64,000 nt of DNA from an uncultured delta proteobacterium (GTDB lineage Bacteria > Desulfobacterota > Syntrophia > Syntrophales > UBA5619): assembly GCA_963817385.1 (NCBI GenBank), contig CAWFOM010000001.1, forward strand, positions 64,001 to 128,000, written 5' to 3'. Below, one piece after another: positions 11,721 to 22,779 of the stretch. Below the pieces are notes generated by a model. The model made no database searches, had not been told where the DNA came from, and saw only the letters and a list, made by a program, of their open reading frames with translations. The first letter of the stretch is position 1. Every line of letters begins with the position of its first letter. Made by a program: the position numbers and the translations under genes.

Positions 11721-12641
11721 TTCTCGTCGCGCAGCCGGACGTTCGTCAGCTTGAGGAAAAGCTCCTCGAGGGTCCTGCGGCCGAAGACGATGTCATTCAC
11801 GACGATCCCGTGGTCATGAAAGACGGTAAATGCCGCCGCCATATTCTCCCGGAAGCGTTCGTCCCGTTTGATGTGAACGCTTCCATCTTTCAACGTGTAT
11901 CCCTTCGCGGCGTTCCAACGCCCCGACGGCGGCCTCCCCCATCTCCCCGACACGTATCAGAACGGCGTCGGCGCGCGTCAGGATGGCCTGCTTGGCGTCA
12001 TGGAGGATGATCCGGCCCTCGTCGATCACGGCGATCTCGTCGGAGACCTGCTCGATCTCATCCATGTAGTGGGACGTGTAGATGATCGTCGTCTTCCGTT
12101 CGCGGTTGAGCTTCCGTATCGTCTCGAGGATGTAGTTTCTCGACTGGGTGTCGACGCCCACGGTGGGCTCATCGAGATACAGGATCTCGGGTTCGTTCAA
12201 AAGGCCGATGGCCAGATTGAGCCGCCGCTTCATGCCGCCCGAAAAGGTGTCGACCCGCTTATCGATAAAGGCCTGCATGCTCCCCACATCGATGCCAAAC
12301 GCCATGCGCTCCTTCAGCTTCCTCCCGCGCAGGCCCCAGAGCGAACCGAAGTACTCCAGATTCTCGCGGGCCGACAGGCGGGGATAGAACGCCAGGGTCT
12401 GGGGCACGTAGCTGCACATCGACTGGATCCTGCCGAGCTCCCGGTCGAGATCGAGGCCGCCGACGGTGATCGCTCCGCCATCTTTGCCGACCACGCCCGT
12501 CAGGATCGAGAGCAGGGTGGTCTTTCCCGCGCCGTTGGGGCCGAGCAGCCCCAAAATGGAACCGCAATTCACCGAAAGGCCGACATTGTCGAGAACGGGC
12601 TTCCGATTGTAGGACTTTGAGAGATGCTTGATTTCGATCAA
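11717..12641 (-). CDS. ABC exporter ATP-binding protein (frameshift near 11890)
   Basis: GPNGAGKTT, FSGGMKRR, LDEPTVGVD; C-terminus TLEELFLKLT in the next frame. Confidence 0.9.
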
Positions 12642-13022
12642 CGGCGCACCCGTAACATGACGTATTTCGGTCCGAATCTTTTGTTCCTCCGGCGAAAATC
12701 AGCCTTTGTGCGCGGAGTATATTGGAGACAGTCCGGTATGTCAACATCGTTCACTCTTCCCATGCGATCAGTGAAGCATTTGGGCGGGCCACCAAACCAT
12801 GCCGTCCGAAAATTGGGCCGGGAACACGCCAGCCCCTATTGCGAGAATGACATCTGCGGTAGCAACACGGATGGCGGTACCGATAGCGCACACCCGGATT
12901 TTGTTGTCAAAACCTTCTTGACACACAAGATCTTTGTCTATATGAAATATTCGCGAGGGAAAACTGAAATCCTCGCCCGTTCCGAATACGATACCTCGAT
13001 ATATCGGAAATGGAGCTCATCA

Positions 13023-13877
13023 ATGAAATGCTGTTCGCACCGTCTCATCCTTATTTTCACTGCCCTTATGATCGGGGGGGCTATCGTTGCAGGCGACGCA
13101 TTCGCGAATCCTCAAGCGAAATTGATCATTGCAGGCACAGGTTCGAGCATCGGCGTCATGAAGCGGATGGCCGCCGATTTTCAGCAGCGACACCCCGACG
13201 TCACCGTCAGCATCCTCCCCAGTATCGGCAGCACGGGAGGCATCAAAGCGGTAACGGAGGGGAAGATCGATATTGGCTTGTCCTCCCGTTCCCTCAAGCC
13301 GAAAGAAGGGATTCCGGGAATCATCGAGGAGGCCTATGGCCGCACGGCCTTTATCTTCGGGGTGCAGGAGTCCAACCCAATCGAAGGGCTCAGTCTGACC
13401 GAGATCGAAGAGATATACGCGAGAAAGCGCACGGCCTGGTCTGACGGAAGACCCATCAGGATGATCCTCCGTCCCCTGTCCGACTCTTATTCGGCCTTGC
13501 TGGCGAGTATCAATCCCGGCATGAAATCGGCCTACCAGCTGGCCCATTCCATTCCCGGCGTGTTCGTCGGCATAACGGACCGTGATGCCGCCCTTCAAAT
13601 CGAAAAAACGCCCGGTTCATTCGGTACGACCAGTGCGGCCATCGTTGCGGCAGAGAGGCTCAAGATTAAGGCCCTCTCCGTCGATGGGGTATCACCAACA
13701 CTGCCAAATGTTTCCTCCGGCAACTACCCCTATGCCATGACGATGTCGGTCGTCTACAAGACGGACAAGTACATGGGCGCCGTAAAAGACTTTATCGACT
13801 TTGTTTTTTCAAATGATGGGCGGCAGCTTCTCTCCGCAAACGGCCATGTGACTTTGCCGCGAATGGCCGGAAAGTGA
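13023..13877 (+). CDS. PstS-like periplasmic substrate-binding protein
   Basis: Signal peptide; IAGTGSS, SIGSTGGIKAV, DIGLSSR. Confidence 0.8.
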   Translation: MKCCSHRLILIFTALMIGGAIVAGDAFANPQAKLIIAGTGSSIGVMKRMAADFQQRHPDVTVSILPSIGSTGGIKAVTEGKIDIGLSSRSLKPKEGIPGIIEEAYGRTAFIFGVQESNPIEGLSLTEIEEIYARKRTAWSDGRPIRMILRPLSDSYSALLASINPGMKSAYQLAHSIPGVFVGITDRDAALQIEKTPGSFGTTSAAIVAAERLKIKALSVDGVSPTLPNVSSGNYPYAMTMSVVYKTDKYMGAVKDFIDFVFSNDGRQLLSANGHVTLPRMAGK

Positions 13878-13881
13878 ACGT

Positions 13882-16800
13882 ATGTTGCCTATGAGTTTGC
13901 TGCGTCTGCAATCGGGTGCACCTGTCACCAGGGATATGCGCCTCCTGGGCGGCTTGGCCGCATCAATCTTCGCCGTAGCGATACCCCTTTTATACTTTGG
14001 TTTGTCTTTATATGCGCTGCGAGAATCTCTCATGATAGAAACTGCCGATCTCGCAAGAACCGTCGAAAAAATCATCCAGGACCGTCCGGATATGTGGGAG
14101 TTCGAGCAATTACGGTTATTGGAGATCGCCTCGCAACCTTCGTTTGATGGAGGTCTTGATGAAAGAACGATTCGAACTGCGGCGGGAACAGTGGTCGTAA
14201 AAACCGACTTTTCAGCGGCACGCCCGGCCATAACGGTTTCGGCGGCGCTCTTCGACTCGGGAAATCCCGTCGGTTCGATCGAAGCGAGACATTCCATCCG
14301 CAAACAACTCTTCGTTACGGCCCTTTTGGGAATGCTCAGTTCATCTCTCGGCTACCTGTTATTTTTCATCTTCCGCACCTATCCGATCAGAAGGCTTGAG
14401 AACGCCTTGGTCGATTTGCAGCGGGCGCAGGAAGAGGAGCAACAGAACCGAAAGACGGCCGAGCGGTTGGCCGAGGAAATGGCCATCATCGCATACATCG
14501 GGAGAGTCGTCAGCTCTACCCTGGATATCAACCAAGTATTCGAACGGGTCGCCACCGAGGTGCGTAAGCTGATCCCCTATGACAGGCTTCTGGTGAATCT
14601 TAAGAAGACTGATGATGTTAGCGAATTTGTTGTCGTCTATTCATCCGGGATTGAAAACCCCCGGCGGAGATTGGGGGATTCGTATCCGTGCAAGGGGTCG
14701 TCGACGGGTGTCGTCATGAGTATGCGCTCCGGCATACTGATACAGCCGCATGATGCGGAGGAAATCAAAGACCTGTATCCCAACCTGTATGCAACCTTCA
14801 AGACAGGGCTGCGTTCGACGATGAGCATTCCTCTGATTTCCATGGACGAAGTGATCGGGAGTCTGACCTTCCGATCCAAGAAACTGAAGGCCTACAACGA
14901 GCAGGATCTCCGCCTGGCGGAAAAGATCGGGATGCAGATTGCCGGGGCCATCGCCAATGCGAAGCTGTTCAATGATCTCAACAAGACGGAAAATTCGATG
15001 CGGGAGAGCGAGGGTCGATTCCGCGGCATGGTCGAACAGGCCGCGGTGGGTGTGGCCGAGATCGAAATAAACACGGGCCGATTCCTGACGGCGAACCGGC
15101 AGCTTTGCGAGATGTTGGGAAGGACGGAGGAAGAACTGATCAATACCACCTTTCAGGCGATCACGCATCCGGAAGATCTTCATCTGCACGAGGGAAAAAC
15201 ACGAATGATGCTGGCCGGGAAGATCGGTCACTACAGCCTGGAGAAGCGCTATCTCCGGAAGGATGGGGGGATCGTCTGGGTGAATATCACGGTGTCGCCG
15301 CTCTGGAAGCCGGGGGATAACCCCGAGCGGAACATCGCCGTGGTCGAGGACATCACCGACCGCAAGCGGATGAAGGAGGAAAGCGATCGTCATTCCCGAC
15401 AGCTGACCATGCTGCACGAGACGAGTGTCGAACTCATGGCCGAACTGAACATAGAAGCGCTCCTCCAATCCATCGCCCAGCACTCGCTGGACCTGATCGG
15501 CGGAACTACCAGCAATGTCTATATCTACAGAACGGAAACCGATCTCATGGAACGGGTCGTAAGCGTAGGACCAACGCTAATTCCCAGCAAGACGACGCGT
15601 CGGCGCGGAGAGGGAATGGTCGGTCAGACTTGGGCACAAGGCGCTCCAATGCTGATCAATGACTATCACGCATGGCCGGGGCGAACCAAAGAATTTGATT
15701 CTTACCCATCCCGCGCGTTGATCGCGGCGCCCTTTTATCAGGGAACAGAAATTCTTGGCATTATCAATATTATGGCGAACCTGCCACACCAATACACCCA
15801 AGCGGATATAGATATGCTTAACATGTTTGCCGCGCAGGCCGCGATTGCCATCCACAACGCGCAGCTCTACGACCGGATAAAGCTGGAACTGGTGGAACGC
15901 AAGCGTGCGGAAGAGGAAAAGCGAGGCCTGATGGAGCGTCTGCAACGTGCCGAGAAGATGGAGGCCCTCGGACAACTGGCCGGCGGGGTGGCCCATGATC
16001 TGAATAACGTCCTGGGGATACTCAGCGGGTATTCGGAGCTATTGCTGGAGGAGATCCCCGAGGGGCATCGCTCGAGAGGCCACGCTGAAAAGATATTGCA
16101 GTCCACGGAGAAGGGAGCCGCGATCATTCAGGACCTTCTCACGCTGGCCAGGCGGGGTGTCACGGCATCGGACGTGATCAATCTCAACAGCGTCGTTTCC
16201 GGTTTTCTCAAGACCCCGGTGTTTGAGAAGATGAAGGACTATCATCCCCGGGTGACCTTCAGGACCGAGTGCGACAAGAATGTTCTGAACATCAAAGGTT
16301 CGCCTATCCATCTGGAAAAGACGTTGATCAACCTGGTGTCCAACGCGGCGGAATCTATTTCCGGAAAGGGGGAGGTAACGATCCGGACGGAGAGCCGCTA
16401 TCTTGACAAAGCCGTCAGGGGCTATGACGAGGTCAAGGAGGGGGATTACGCCGTACTGACCGTATCCGATACGGGGATGGGCATTCCCGCCGAGAATAGA
16501 GAGAAGATATTTGAACCGTTCTATACGAAAAAGACGATGGGCAGGAGCGGGACCGGGCTGGGATTGTCGATTGTCTGGGGAACGGTAAAAGATCACCACG
16601 GGTATATTGATGTACAGACGGAAGTCGGAACGGGAACCACCTTTACGCTGTACTTCCCGGTGACCCGGGAGGAACTGATCGCACCGCAGCAGAAGGAGCC
16701 GATAGAACGATACATGGGGAACGGAGAATCGGTATTGGTTGTGGATGACATTGCCGAGCAGAGGGATGTTGCCGCCCGATTGCTTACCCGGCTGGGGTAT

Positions 16801-17085
16801 GAGGTTCACGTGGTTTCCGGCGGGGAAGAGGCGGTGGAATACCTCAAGGGACATACGGCGGACATTCTGGTCCTGGACATGATTATGACGCCGGGGATCG
16901 ATGGTCTGGAGACCTACCAAAGGGTTCTGGCAATCAACCCGAAGCAGAAGGCTATCCTTGTCAGCGGTTTTTCCGAGACTGAAAGAGTCACGAAGGCTCA
17001 GAAGCTGGGCGCGGGCGCCTATGTCAAGAAGCCCTATCTTATGGAAAAGATCGGCGAGGCTATTCGGAATGAACTAAACCGATAA
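13882..17085 (+). CDS. hybrid sensor histidine kinase (TM-GAF-PAS-GAF-HisKA-HATPase-REC)
   Basis: AGGVAHDLNN H-box, DTGMGI, GTGLGLS, receiver domain LVVDD...LDMIM. Confidence 0.93.
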   Translation: MLPMSLLRLQSGAPVTRDMRLLGGLAASIFAVAIPLLYFGLSLYALRESLMIETADLARTVEKIIQDRPDMWEFEQLRLLEIASQPSFDGGLDERTIRTAAGTVVVKTDFSAARPAITVSAALFDSGNPVGSIEARHSIRKQLFVTALLGMLSSSLGYLLFFIFRTYPIRRLENALVDLQRAQEEEQQNRKTAERLAEEMAIIAYIGRVVSSTLDINQVFERVATEVRKLIPYDRLLVNLKKTDDVSEFVVVYSSGIENPRRRLGDSYPCKGSSTGVVMSMRSGILIQPHDAEEIKDLYPNLYATFKTGLRSTMSIPLISMDEVIGSLTFRSKKLKAYNEQDLRLAEKIGMQIAGAIANAKLFNDLNKTENSMRESEGRFRGMVEQAAVGVAEIEINTGRFLTANRQLCEMLGRTEEELINTTFQAITHPEDLHLHEGKTRMMLAGKIGHYSLEKRYLRKDGGIVWVNITVSPLWKPGDNPERNIAVVEDITDRKRMKEESDRHSRQLTMLHETSVELMAELNIEALLQSIAQHSLDLIGGTTSNVYIYRTETDLMERVVSVGPTLIPSKTTRRRGEGMVGQTWAQGAPMLINDYHAWPGRTKEFDSYPSRALIAAPFYQGTEILGIINIMANLPHQYTQADIDMLNMFAAQAAIAIHNAQLYDRIKLELVERKRAEEEKRGLMERLQRAEKMEALGQLAGGVAHDLNNVLGILSGYSELLLEEIPEGHRSRGHAEKILQSTEKGAAIIQDLLTLARRGVTASDVINLNSVVSGFLKTPVFEKMKDYHPRVTFRTECDKNVLNIKGSPIHLEKTLINLVSNAAESISGKGEVTIRTESRYLDKAVRGYDEVKEGDYAVLTVSDTGMGIPAENREKIFEPFYTKKTMGRSGTGLGLSIVWGTVKDHHGYIDVQTEVGTGTTFTLYFPVTREELIAPQQKEPIERYMGNGESVLVVDDIAEQRDVAARLLTRLGYEVHVVSGGEEAVEYLKGHTADILVLDMIMTPGIDGLETYQRVLAINPKQKAILVSGFSETERVTKAQKLGAGAYVKKPYLMEKIGEAIRNELNR

Positions 17086-17242
17086 TATGCTGCCTTTAAG
17101 AAATACTATTTCTTCCTTAGTTTACTGACCCCGATCGGGACGGCGCCCCGGTTGGCCGTCCGACCGGCCCCACCCTGCTGATCGGGCTTGACCAGTGTGC
17201 CATTACGTTCACGGATCTCGGGAAATAATTTTGGGAGGTGTC

Positions 17243-17356
17243 ATGAGCCACAAGAAGATCGAGAGAAAAAAGGAACTGGACCGCAAGCGGAGAAGACGGG
17301 AGAAGAGCCTGAAGCTCCGGGCGAAGGAACAGACGGCCGCCGCCAAACGAAAATAG
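17243..17356 (+). CDS. 37-aa very basic small protein (not in the ORF track)
   Basis: GGGAGG RBS; MSHKKIERKKELDRKRRRREKSLKLRAKEQTAAAKRK*; downstream hairpin. Confidence 0.65.
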   Translation: MSHKKIERKKELDRKRRRREKSLKLRAKEQTAAAKRK

Positions 17357-17397
17357 GTCCATGCCCCCAATGGCAATGGCTTCATAAAAAAACCGTC

Positions 17398-17420
17398 CCC
17401 CTTCCCCGGCGGGGAAGGGG
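17398..17420. terminator. hairpin between convergent genes
   Basis: CCCCTTCCCC-GGC-GGGGAAGGGG. Confidence 0.55.
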
Positions 17421-17526
17421 AAACGTCGAGTATTTATGCTCGGGCAAAGAACGGCGGGAACGCCTTACCTGCGAGGGAGGCCGGAAAAGCCTCCCCCGCG
17501 TGCAACCGTTATCGATCTTCCGCCCC

Positions 17527-19156
17527 TCAGCCGAGGATCGTTTTGAGATCCGCATCAGGCGTCGTGATCGGTTTGATCCCGAACTTCTCCACCAGGACGC
17601 CGAGTACGTTCGGCGTGGTGAAGGCCGGAAGCGTCGGCCCCAGGCGGATGTTCTTGATCCCCAGCGACAAGAGGGTCAGGAGGATCACCACCGCCTTCTG
17701 CTCGTACCAGGAGAGGATCATCGACAGCGGCAGGTCGTTCACCCCGACGCCGAAGGCCTTGGCCAGGGCGACAGCCACCTGGATCGCGGAATAGGCGTCG
17801 TTGCACTGCCCCATGTCGAGGAGCCGCGGAATCCCGCCGATCGCGCCGAGCTCCTTGTCGAAGAAGCGGAACTTCCCGCAGGCAAGCGTCAGGACGACGC
17901 AGTCCGCCGGCACCTTCTCCACGAACTCGGTATAGTAGTTCCTGCCGGGCTTCGCCCCGTCGCAGCCGGCAACGAGGAAGAAGTGGCGGATCTTCTTTTC
18001 CTTCACCGCCGCGATCACCTGGTCCGCAACCCCGAGGACCGCGTTTCGGGCAAACCCCGTCATCACGCTCTTCCCATCCGTATCCGCCGCGAATCCCGGC
18101 ATCGCCAGGGCCTTTGCGATCACCGGCGCGAAGTTGCCGTCGGCGATGTGGGTCACGCCGGGCCAGCCGACAAGGCCGGCGGTGAAGATCCGGTCCTTAT
18201 AGGAGTCCTGCGGCCGCTGGAGGCAGTTGGTCGTCATCAGGATCGCGCCGGGGAACTCGGCAAACTCCTTGTGCTGGTTCTGCCATGCCGTCCCGTAGTG
18301 TCCGTGGAGATGGGCATATTTTTTCAGCCCCGGATAGCCGTGGGCGGGAAGCATCTCGCCATGGGTGTAGATGGAGATCCCTTTCCCCTCCGTCTGCTTG
18401 AGCAGCCCTTCGAGGTCCCGCAGGTCATGCCCGGAGATGAGGATCGCCTTCCCCTTCTTCGCCCCAAGGGGGACCTTCGTGGGGACCGGCTGGCCGTAGG
18501 CGCCGGTGTTGGCCGCGTCGAGGAGCTCCATCGTCCGGAGATTCGTCTGGCCGCATTTCATGACCAGCGCTAGCGCCTCGTCCAGTTTCAGTTTTTCATC
18601 GAGGAGGGCGGCAAGCCCCTCCTGGAGGAAAGCGAAGATCGCTTTGTCCTCTTTCCCGAGGATCAGGGCGTGGTCCGCGTAGGCCGCCATCCCCTTGAGC
18701 CCGTACAGGAGCGTATGCTTGAGGGAGAGGATGTCCGGATCCGCGGCGGGATAGGTGCGGATGCCGACCGCCTCGCCCTGAAGGATCAGCCCCGGGAAGA
18801 TCGGCCGCCGGTTTGAATCGGGCGGCCCCGCCCGGGAAATCGGTTGAGACGCCCGCCGCACGGAGCTTTTCCAGGAGGGCGTCGCGTAGGGCTGCCGCCC
18901 GATGGATCAGGATCAGAAAACGGGCCGGATCGAAATCGACGTTCGTGACGGTCGCAAAAAGGGCCTCGCAGGTAAAGACATCGGCCGCGTGATCATCGAT
19001 CCCCGCTTTCTTCGCCGCCGTCGCCGCCTGCGCAAGGCCCATCATGACATAGACCAGAAGATCCTGCAGGGCGGCCACATCCGGCAGCTTCCCGCACACT
19101 CCCGCCTTCTCGCATCCTTCTCCTTTGGCCGTCTGTTCACATTGGTAACAAAACAT
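17527..19156 (-). CDS. hcp: hybrid cluster protein / hydroxylamine reductase (frameshift near 18800)
   Basis: MFCYQCEQT...CEKAGVCGK; YTHGEMLPAHGYP; GQCNDAYS; SWYEQKA. Confidence 0.95.
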
Positions 19157-19259
19157 GGTGCACCTCCTTCTTTGAGTTTATAGATTGATGACTTTCCCTC
19201 TCTTTTACACCCGAGGCCGGCAGGATGGTTTGACTTAAATCAAGAAGGGGGAAAAATCT

Positions 19260-20249
19260 TCACTCTTCGGCAAGGCCGCGGTCGGCCGCCCCGATGAGCG
19301 CCGCCCGCGGCGTGAGAATCACGTGCACGGGCATCCGAAAGAGCAGGTCGGCCATCCGTCCCTTCCGCCTGAAATGCGGCAAGAAACCCCCCTTCATCGA
19401 GGAACGGGATGATCCGCGGCACGATCCCGCCCCCGAGATAGACGCCGCCTGCGGCAAGCGTCTTGAGGGCAAGGTTCCCCGCCTCCGCTCCGAGGAGGGA
19501 GACGAACAGGCGCACCGTCCGGACGCAGAGATCGGACGTCCCCGCGAGCGCCGCCTCGACGATGACCGGGGCGGGATCGGCCGCCCCCGCCAGGCGCTCG
19601 GCGAGCCAGGCCGGCTCCTCTTCCCTCCCCTTCTCCCGGAGAAACCGGTAGAGCCGCCCGAGCCCCGGCCCCGAACAGAGGGCTTCATAACTGACATGAT
19701 CGGCCTCTTTTTGGAGCTCACGGAGGAGTTCCATCTCCAGCGGGTTTGACGGGGCGAAATCCGCATGGCCGCCTTCGGAGGCGTGCTCCCGGAAGCGCGC
19801 GCCGTCCCAGGTGAGGAAGGCCTCCCCCAGTCCGGTGCCCGGGGCGATCACGGCGATGCGCGCCGCCGGCGGCCCGCTCGCCCGCGTTCAGCGTATGGAG
19901 TTCCGCGGGTTCGAGGAGGGGCACGGCGCGGGCCGTCGCCGCCAGATCGTTCAGGAGGCGGACCGACTGAAAGCCGAACGTCCGCCGGATCTGTTCGGCG
20001 TCCGCAATCCAGGGCAGGTTGGTCACCGCCGCCCGGCCGTCGATGACCGGTCCGGCAATGGCCAGGCAGGCCTTCTGTGCGGAACAAGCGCTCCGTTTCA
20101 GGAATTCCCGGATCAGGGCCTCGATCCCGCCGAAGCTGCTCGCTGGGGAGGAGTTCCTCCGCGAGCAGCGCCCGGGGGTTCTCCCCGTCCGCAACAATCG
20201 CCAGGCGGCTCTTGGTGCCGCCGATATCTCCCGCCAAGAGCATCTTCAT
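19260..20249 (-). CDS. glk: glucokinase (several frameshifts)
   Basis: LAGDIGGTK, LLNDL, APGTGLGEA, SEGGHADF, GGVYLGGGI. Confidence 0.88.
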
Positions 20250-20578
20250 TCCTCGCAGGGCGTCGTCACTTCGCCCCGGAGCCACTCCAGGTAGTCATTG
20301 CTGCCGGCGGCGATCGGCAGGGCGATGATCTCCGGCGTCTCATAGGGGTGGAGGGAGCGGATGGCCTGCTCGATCGCCCCGTAGCATTCCCGGCGGCTCT
20401 TGATCAGGCAGAGCCACTCCCCCGCCGTCTCGATCCGCCCCTTCCAGCGGTAGATGCTCGTCATGGGTCCCACGATCTGGACGCAGCCGGCAAGCCGCAT
20501 CTCCACGAGAGACCGGGCGATCCGTTCGGCATCCTCCCGTTTGTCCGTCGCCGTCATCACTTGGATGAATCCTTCCAT
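20246..20578 (-). CDS. cutA: divalent-cation tolerance protein CutA
   Basis: LAGCVQI, SIYRWKG, HPYETPEII. Confidence 0.93.
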   Translation of the reverse strand: MEGFIQVMTATDKREDAERIARSLVEMRLAGCVQIVGPMTSIYRWKGRIETAGEWLCLIKSRRECYGAIEQAIRSLHPYETPEIIALPIAAGSNDYLEWLRGEVTTPCEE

Positions 20579-20628
20579 CGCATACCACCTTATCTATGCT
20601 AATCACTGGTTAAAAAAAAGCTGTTTTA

Positions 20629-20752
20629 CCGGCTGTTCAAAAACGTCCAGATGCAAGGCCCCCGAAGGCCTGAGCCGTGAGGCGTACTTTTGGGTACGTT
20701 GAACGGCTCAGGACAAGGGAAACGCCGCAGATGGGCGTTTTTCAACAGCCGG
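20629..20752. repeat. MITE/REP-like palindromic intergenic element
   Basis: Terminal inverted repeats CCGGCTGTTCAAAAACGTCCA / TGGGCGTTTTTCAACAGCCGG; inner CCTGAGCCGT...ACGGCTCAGG and CGTAC...GTACG stems. Confidence 0.75.
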
Positions 20753-21529
20753 CTAAGTCCTTCGCGTGCATTCGTACATCATGATCGCCGCCGCCTGTGG
20801 GAGGCTCAGGGACTCCGCGCCTCCCCCGGGGATCCGCCACCTCTCGTCGGTCAAGGCGAGGAGCGACGCCGGCAGGCCGTGGCTTTCGCTCCCCATCAAG
20901 AGCGCCGTCCCGGCAGAGCAGGGATGGGGAGGGACTCCCTCGCGGGCCTCGCTTCCCACCACCCGAAACCGGCCCCGGAGCTGCGGCAGGAGCTGCCCGA
21001 AATCGAGATCCTCAGCCACCGTGAGATGGAAGAGACTCCCCATCGACGTCCGGACGACCTTGGGGTTCGTCGCCTCGCAGGAACCGGCGCTGAGAAGCAC
21101 CGTCCGGAAGCCGAACCAGTCCGCCGTTCTAAGGAGGGCGCCGAGATTGTTCGGGTTGTTCACCTGATAAAGGAGAAGGAGCGGTCCCCGCTCTGCCGGC
21201 AGGCGGGCCGGATCCGGGGGCGGCATCGCAACGGCCACGGCCATCACCCCCTCGGGACTCTCGTCCTGGCTCAGGGTCGCCCATTCGCGGGCGGAAAGCC
21301 GGTAGATCCCGATTCCCGTCGGCGCCCCGACCAGGAGCGTCTCCCACCGGCTGACATTTTCCTCGCGGACGAGGAGGGCCTCCAGCGCCCGGCCGCTTCG
21401 CAGGAGTTCGCCGACTACCTTTCCCCCCTCCGCCAGGAAGAGCCCCTCCCGGCGGCGGTACTTCTCCTGCACGAGTTTTCCCCACCGCTTCAACTGCGTT
21501 TTTTGCGGTGTCGTCGTCCGGTCATTCAT
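20753..21529 (-). CDS. TrmH/SpoU family RNA methyltransferase
   Basis: NPNNLGALLRTA, LMGSESHGL, ESLSLPQAAAI. Confidence 0.9.
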   Translation of the reverse strand: MNDRTTTPQKTQLKRWGKLVQEKYRRREGLFLAEGGKVVGELLRSGRALEALLVREENVSRWETLLVGAPTGIGIYRLSAREWATLSQDESPEGVMAVAVAMPPPDPARLPAERGPLLLLYQVNNPNNLGALLRTADWFGFRTVLLSAGSCEATNPKVVRTSMGSLFHLTVAEDLDFGQLLPQLRGRFRVVGSEAREGVPPHPCSAGTALLMGSESHGLPASLLALTDERWRIPGGGAESLSLPQAAAIMMYECTRRT

Positions 21530-21802
21530 CCCTGGGTCCTTCTTTAAAAACGCATGCGCCGCTCTTCACGGCGTCCGTTCCCAGCCCTTCCCGTTCGTCT
21601 CGGATTGTAACAGATAAACATCAAAGGATAAAAGGGATTTTTGCGACCGGCGGGGCTTTTTATGCTTGACATCGATCCGCCTTTTCCCTATTGTCCAGTA
21701 GTTATCATGCGCATGAATGCAACTGCCTCGCGATGATGAACGCCGGCGGGCCGACCCGGCCAAACTGAAGCACGTGTAACAATCCCTTGAAGGAGGATAC
21801 CA

Positions 21803-22702
21803 ATGGTCAATTTTGTACCCAAGGGGATCATCCCCGCGATGGTCACTCCCATTGACGAGACAGGCCGCATCCACGAAGGCGCCCTTCGAAAGCTCGTCAA
21901 CCACTTGATCGACGGCGGTTCGCACGGGCTCTTTCCCGTGGGGAGCCAGGGGGAATTTTTCTCCCTCACGTTCGAACAGAAAAAGGAGGTCATCAGGATC
22001 GTCGTTGACGAGACACGGGGCCGGGTTCCCGTCTATGCGGGAACCGGCGCCGTCACCACCCGTGAGGCAATCGAAACGACAAAGATGGCGCGGGATCTCG
22101 GCGTCAGCGCGGTCTCCGTCATCACCCCCTATTTCGTCATCCCCGGTCAGAAAGAGCTGATCGAGCACTACACGGCCGTGGCAAAGGCCGTCCCGGATCT
22201 GCCGATCCTGCTCTACTCCAACCCCGATCGGACCCAGGTTCCCTTCCCGATCTCGACGGTCCTGGAACTGGCCGCCGTCGACAACATCATCGGCATCAAA
22301 GATTCCAGCGGCGACATGTCGCTCACGGGCGAATACATCCGCCTCACCCGCGGGATGAATTTCCATGTCCTGATGGGACGCGACACCTTGATCTACGCGG
22401 CGCTCTGCTACGGGGCCGCCGGTTCGATCTGCGCCACCGCGAACGTCGATCCGCGCGTGCCGGTGGAGATCTACGAGGCGTTCATCGTCGGCGACCACAA
22501 ACGGGCGCTCGACGCCCAGTATCGGCTGGCGCCGCTCAGGGTCGCCTTCGGCCTCGGCACCTTCCCCGTCGTCGTCAAGGAAGCGCTCACCATGATCGGG
22601 ATCGAGGCCGGCCCGGCAATCCGCCCGGTCGGCCCCATGACGCCGGAAAACCGCGAGAAGCTGCGGAAAGTCATTTCCGACATGGGCATGCTCAAGAAGT
22701 GA
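21803..22702 (+). CDS. DapA/NanA family aldolase or dehydratase
   Basis: GIIPAMVTP, GSQGE, IGIKDSSGD Schiff-base Lys. Confidence 0.88.
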   Translation: MVNFVPKGIIPAMVTPIDETGRIHEGALRKLVNHLIDGGSHGLFPVGSQGEFFSLTFEQKKEVIRIVVDETRGRVPVYAGTGAVTTREAIETTKMARDLGVSAVSVITPYFVIPGQKELIEHYTAVAKAVPDLPILLYSNPDRTQVPFPISTVLELAAVDNIIGIKDSSGDMSLTGEYIRLTRGMNFHVLMGRDTLIYAALCYGAAGSICATANVDPRVPVEIYEAFIVGDHKRALDAQYRLAPLRVAFGLGTFPVVVKEALTMIGIEAGPAIRPVGPMTPENREKLRKVISDMGMLKK

Positions 22703-22779
22703 GCGATGAAAAATAGGGGCAAGCGCCCCCATGATTTGGTAGACATCGGCATACACATACTGAAGAGTGAGGTGAAACT

